A stretch of 64,000 bases of DNA from Trichosphaerium sp. ATCC 40318 (lineage: Eukaryota > Protista > Tubulinea), in the NCBI GenBank assembly GCA_038496445.1, contig JALMLS010000322.1, positions 558,001 through 622,000 on the forward strand, given 5' to 3'. Shown here one piece after another: positions 62,701 to 64,000 of the stretch (within the stretch, counting starts at the first letter, position 1; the number at the start of each line of letters is the position of its first letter). Below the pieces are notes generated by a model that made no database searches, had not been told where the DNA came from, and saw nothing but the letters and a program-made list of their open reading frames with translations. The translations under genes were made by a program, and so were the position numbers.

Positions 62701-64000
62701 TGATTCTGCTCTGGGTACAATTGTGTACACCTTAACTACAATTGCCATGATCGTTGTTCTTGGCGCAAGTACGTAAAATGCGTTTTCTTATTTTTTTCTT
62801 ACTTGTGTTTATAGTGTTATTAACAGTACTATTGTGGCGTACCAACGCCATCATTCAGGTACAAAAAGCACACAGAGTCACACAATATTAATACATACTT
62901 TTTTTAGTATTCATCTCCAATGTTTCTTTTGATGTTTCTTTTCGGATGTCTGTTGATGCTAATCAGCAACTACTTAAGTGTTGGACAAGCAAACGAAGCG
63001 CTTTGTATAGTACCTGTATTCTTCTTGAGTCTTGGGTGCGTATATACTTCCTTTGGGGTACTACACTATACATGTCTTACTAAATACAAGGTTGACATTG
63101 ATGTACAGCCCGTTGATTGCGAAGAACTATAGAATGTATGCTATTTTTTCAAACAAGAAAATGGAGCATCGTCATATTTCTGATTTCGTATTGTTACGAT
63201 ACGTTGGTATTATGGTAGCGATTCAACTGGTAAGCTTACTAATTCTTTTATTTGTATCTCTTCTAATATGCGATAAAGATTATTGATTTGCTTTGGGCTA
63301 TATTAACACCTCCAGATGTTCAAGGATTTCATTGTAATTACAATGAAAAGGCATTGTTAGCTGTAGCTTTTTTTTATATTGTACGAAGCGATAATCTATG
63401 GCTTTTCTTTTTTTGTACAGTATTGAGCTCTCCGCCCATTTTATTGGCCTATCTATGTATTTGACTTCTCTTTTAGATTATATTATTCTTGGTAGCAGTT
63501 ATTTTATCAATAGGCACAAGGAAGATACCCAAACTACTCCGTGAAACCCAGTACATTGGCTATTTGGTACAATCTCAAAAAAAAAGCAGCATAACATCGC
63601 TGTTTCTCACACTACTGTGTAGACGTATGGGAACTCAATAATAATGATAGCCGCTGTTGTTGGTATGGCATTGTCTATGGGTAGAGTAAGGAACAGAATA
63701 GCAATCGCATGCTTTGCAGTAGTAGCAAGTGTTCTTCAATCCGTAATATTACTTTATTTTTCAAAAATAAAAGCAATCATCACTGGAAAACAAGGTACGT
63801 ATCAAACAAACACACTTAAAAACTCCTCAGTTCAAGGTTGAATGTGATTTAAACGCAACAAACACTCTAAATGCCGATAACAATCTCACTTTATTCTGAT
63901 AACCCTTTTTTTTTCAACGCAGCTTCTTTTGTTGTATTTTTTTTTCAGTCACGTGTTTTTTTTAATAGTTGGTTTGTTTTAGATAGTTATGTTGAACAGA
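59744..64000 (+). CDS. Class C (GABA-B/7tm_3-like) GPCR with a Pmp/pectin-lyase-like beta-helix ectodomain; may continue past the window end
   Basis: Signal peptide; many FxxNxA..GGAI repeats; 7TM motifs SSPMFLLMFLFGCLL, EALCIVPVFFLSLG, LIAKNYRMYAIFSN, TRKIPKLLRETQYIG, VILLYFSKI. Confidence 0.78.

Larger units (their letters stand above)
2306..63955. promoter_or_regulatory. Dispersed CACGTG / TCACGTGA E-box palindromes, many of them intronic
   Basis: About 47 CACGTG and 13 TCACGTGA sites found by manual scan; the regulatory role is inferred. Confidence 0.5.

Noticed and set aside
1-64000. CRISPR arrays, tRNA/rRNA genes, transposases or reverse transcriptases
   Set aside because: None seen; the repeats present are coding low-complexity tracts or homopolymer runs.

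Overview
AT-rich (~35% GC by eye) eukaryotic nuclear DNA, gene-dense and rich in short spliceosomal introns (mostly ~40-200 nt, GT-AG, donors GTACGT/GTATGT/GTAAGT, frequent CTAAC/CTGAC branch points). The ORF track therefore shows exon fragments, and I reassembled about 24 genes by eye. Gene content (ABP34/TolA-like actin bundler, RasG-like GTPase, class C GPCR-like receptor) suggests an amoeboid protist, probably Amoebozoa (inference). Recognisable genes: RPS3, HMG-CoA reductase, Ras, X-family DNA polymerase, dual-specificity phosphatase, ankyrin-HECT E3, RRM-ARM-BTB protein, TLC-domain protein, PL14 lyase, DUF1152 and five F-box or F-box-like genes. Most notable: (1) an in-frame YEATS acyl-lysine reader fused to a sirtuin that lacks the zinc ribbon; (2) strong, largely intronic enrichment of the palindrome (T)CACGTG(A); (3) HMG-CoA reductase ending in a PTS1 (-ARL) with a spliced N-terminal hydrophobic segment; (4) a pair of giant-virus-style F-box/MORN genes that share an intron, one of them disrupted; (5) an IP3-receptor-like RIH protein with no channel domain; (6) a GPCR with a Pmp-type beta-helix ectodomain. 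No rRNA, tRNA, CRISPR array or transposase could be supported. All domain calls come from motif recognition, not database searches.
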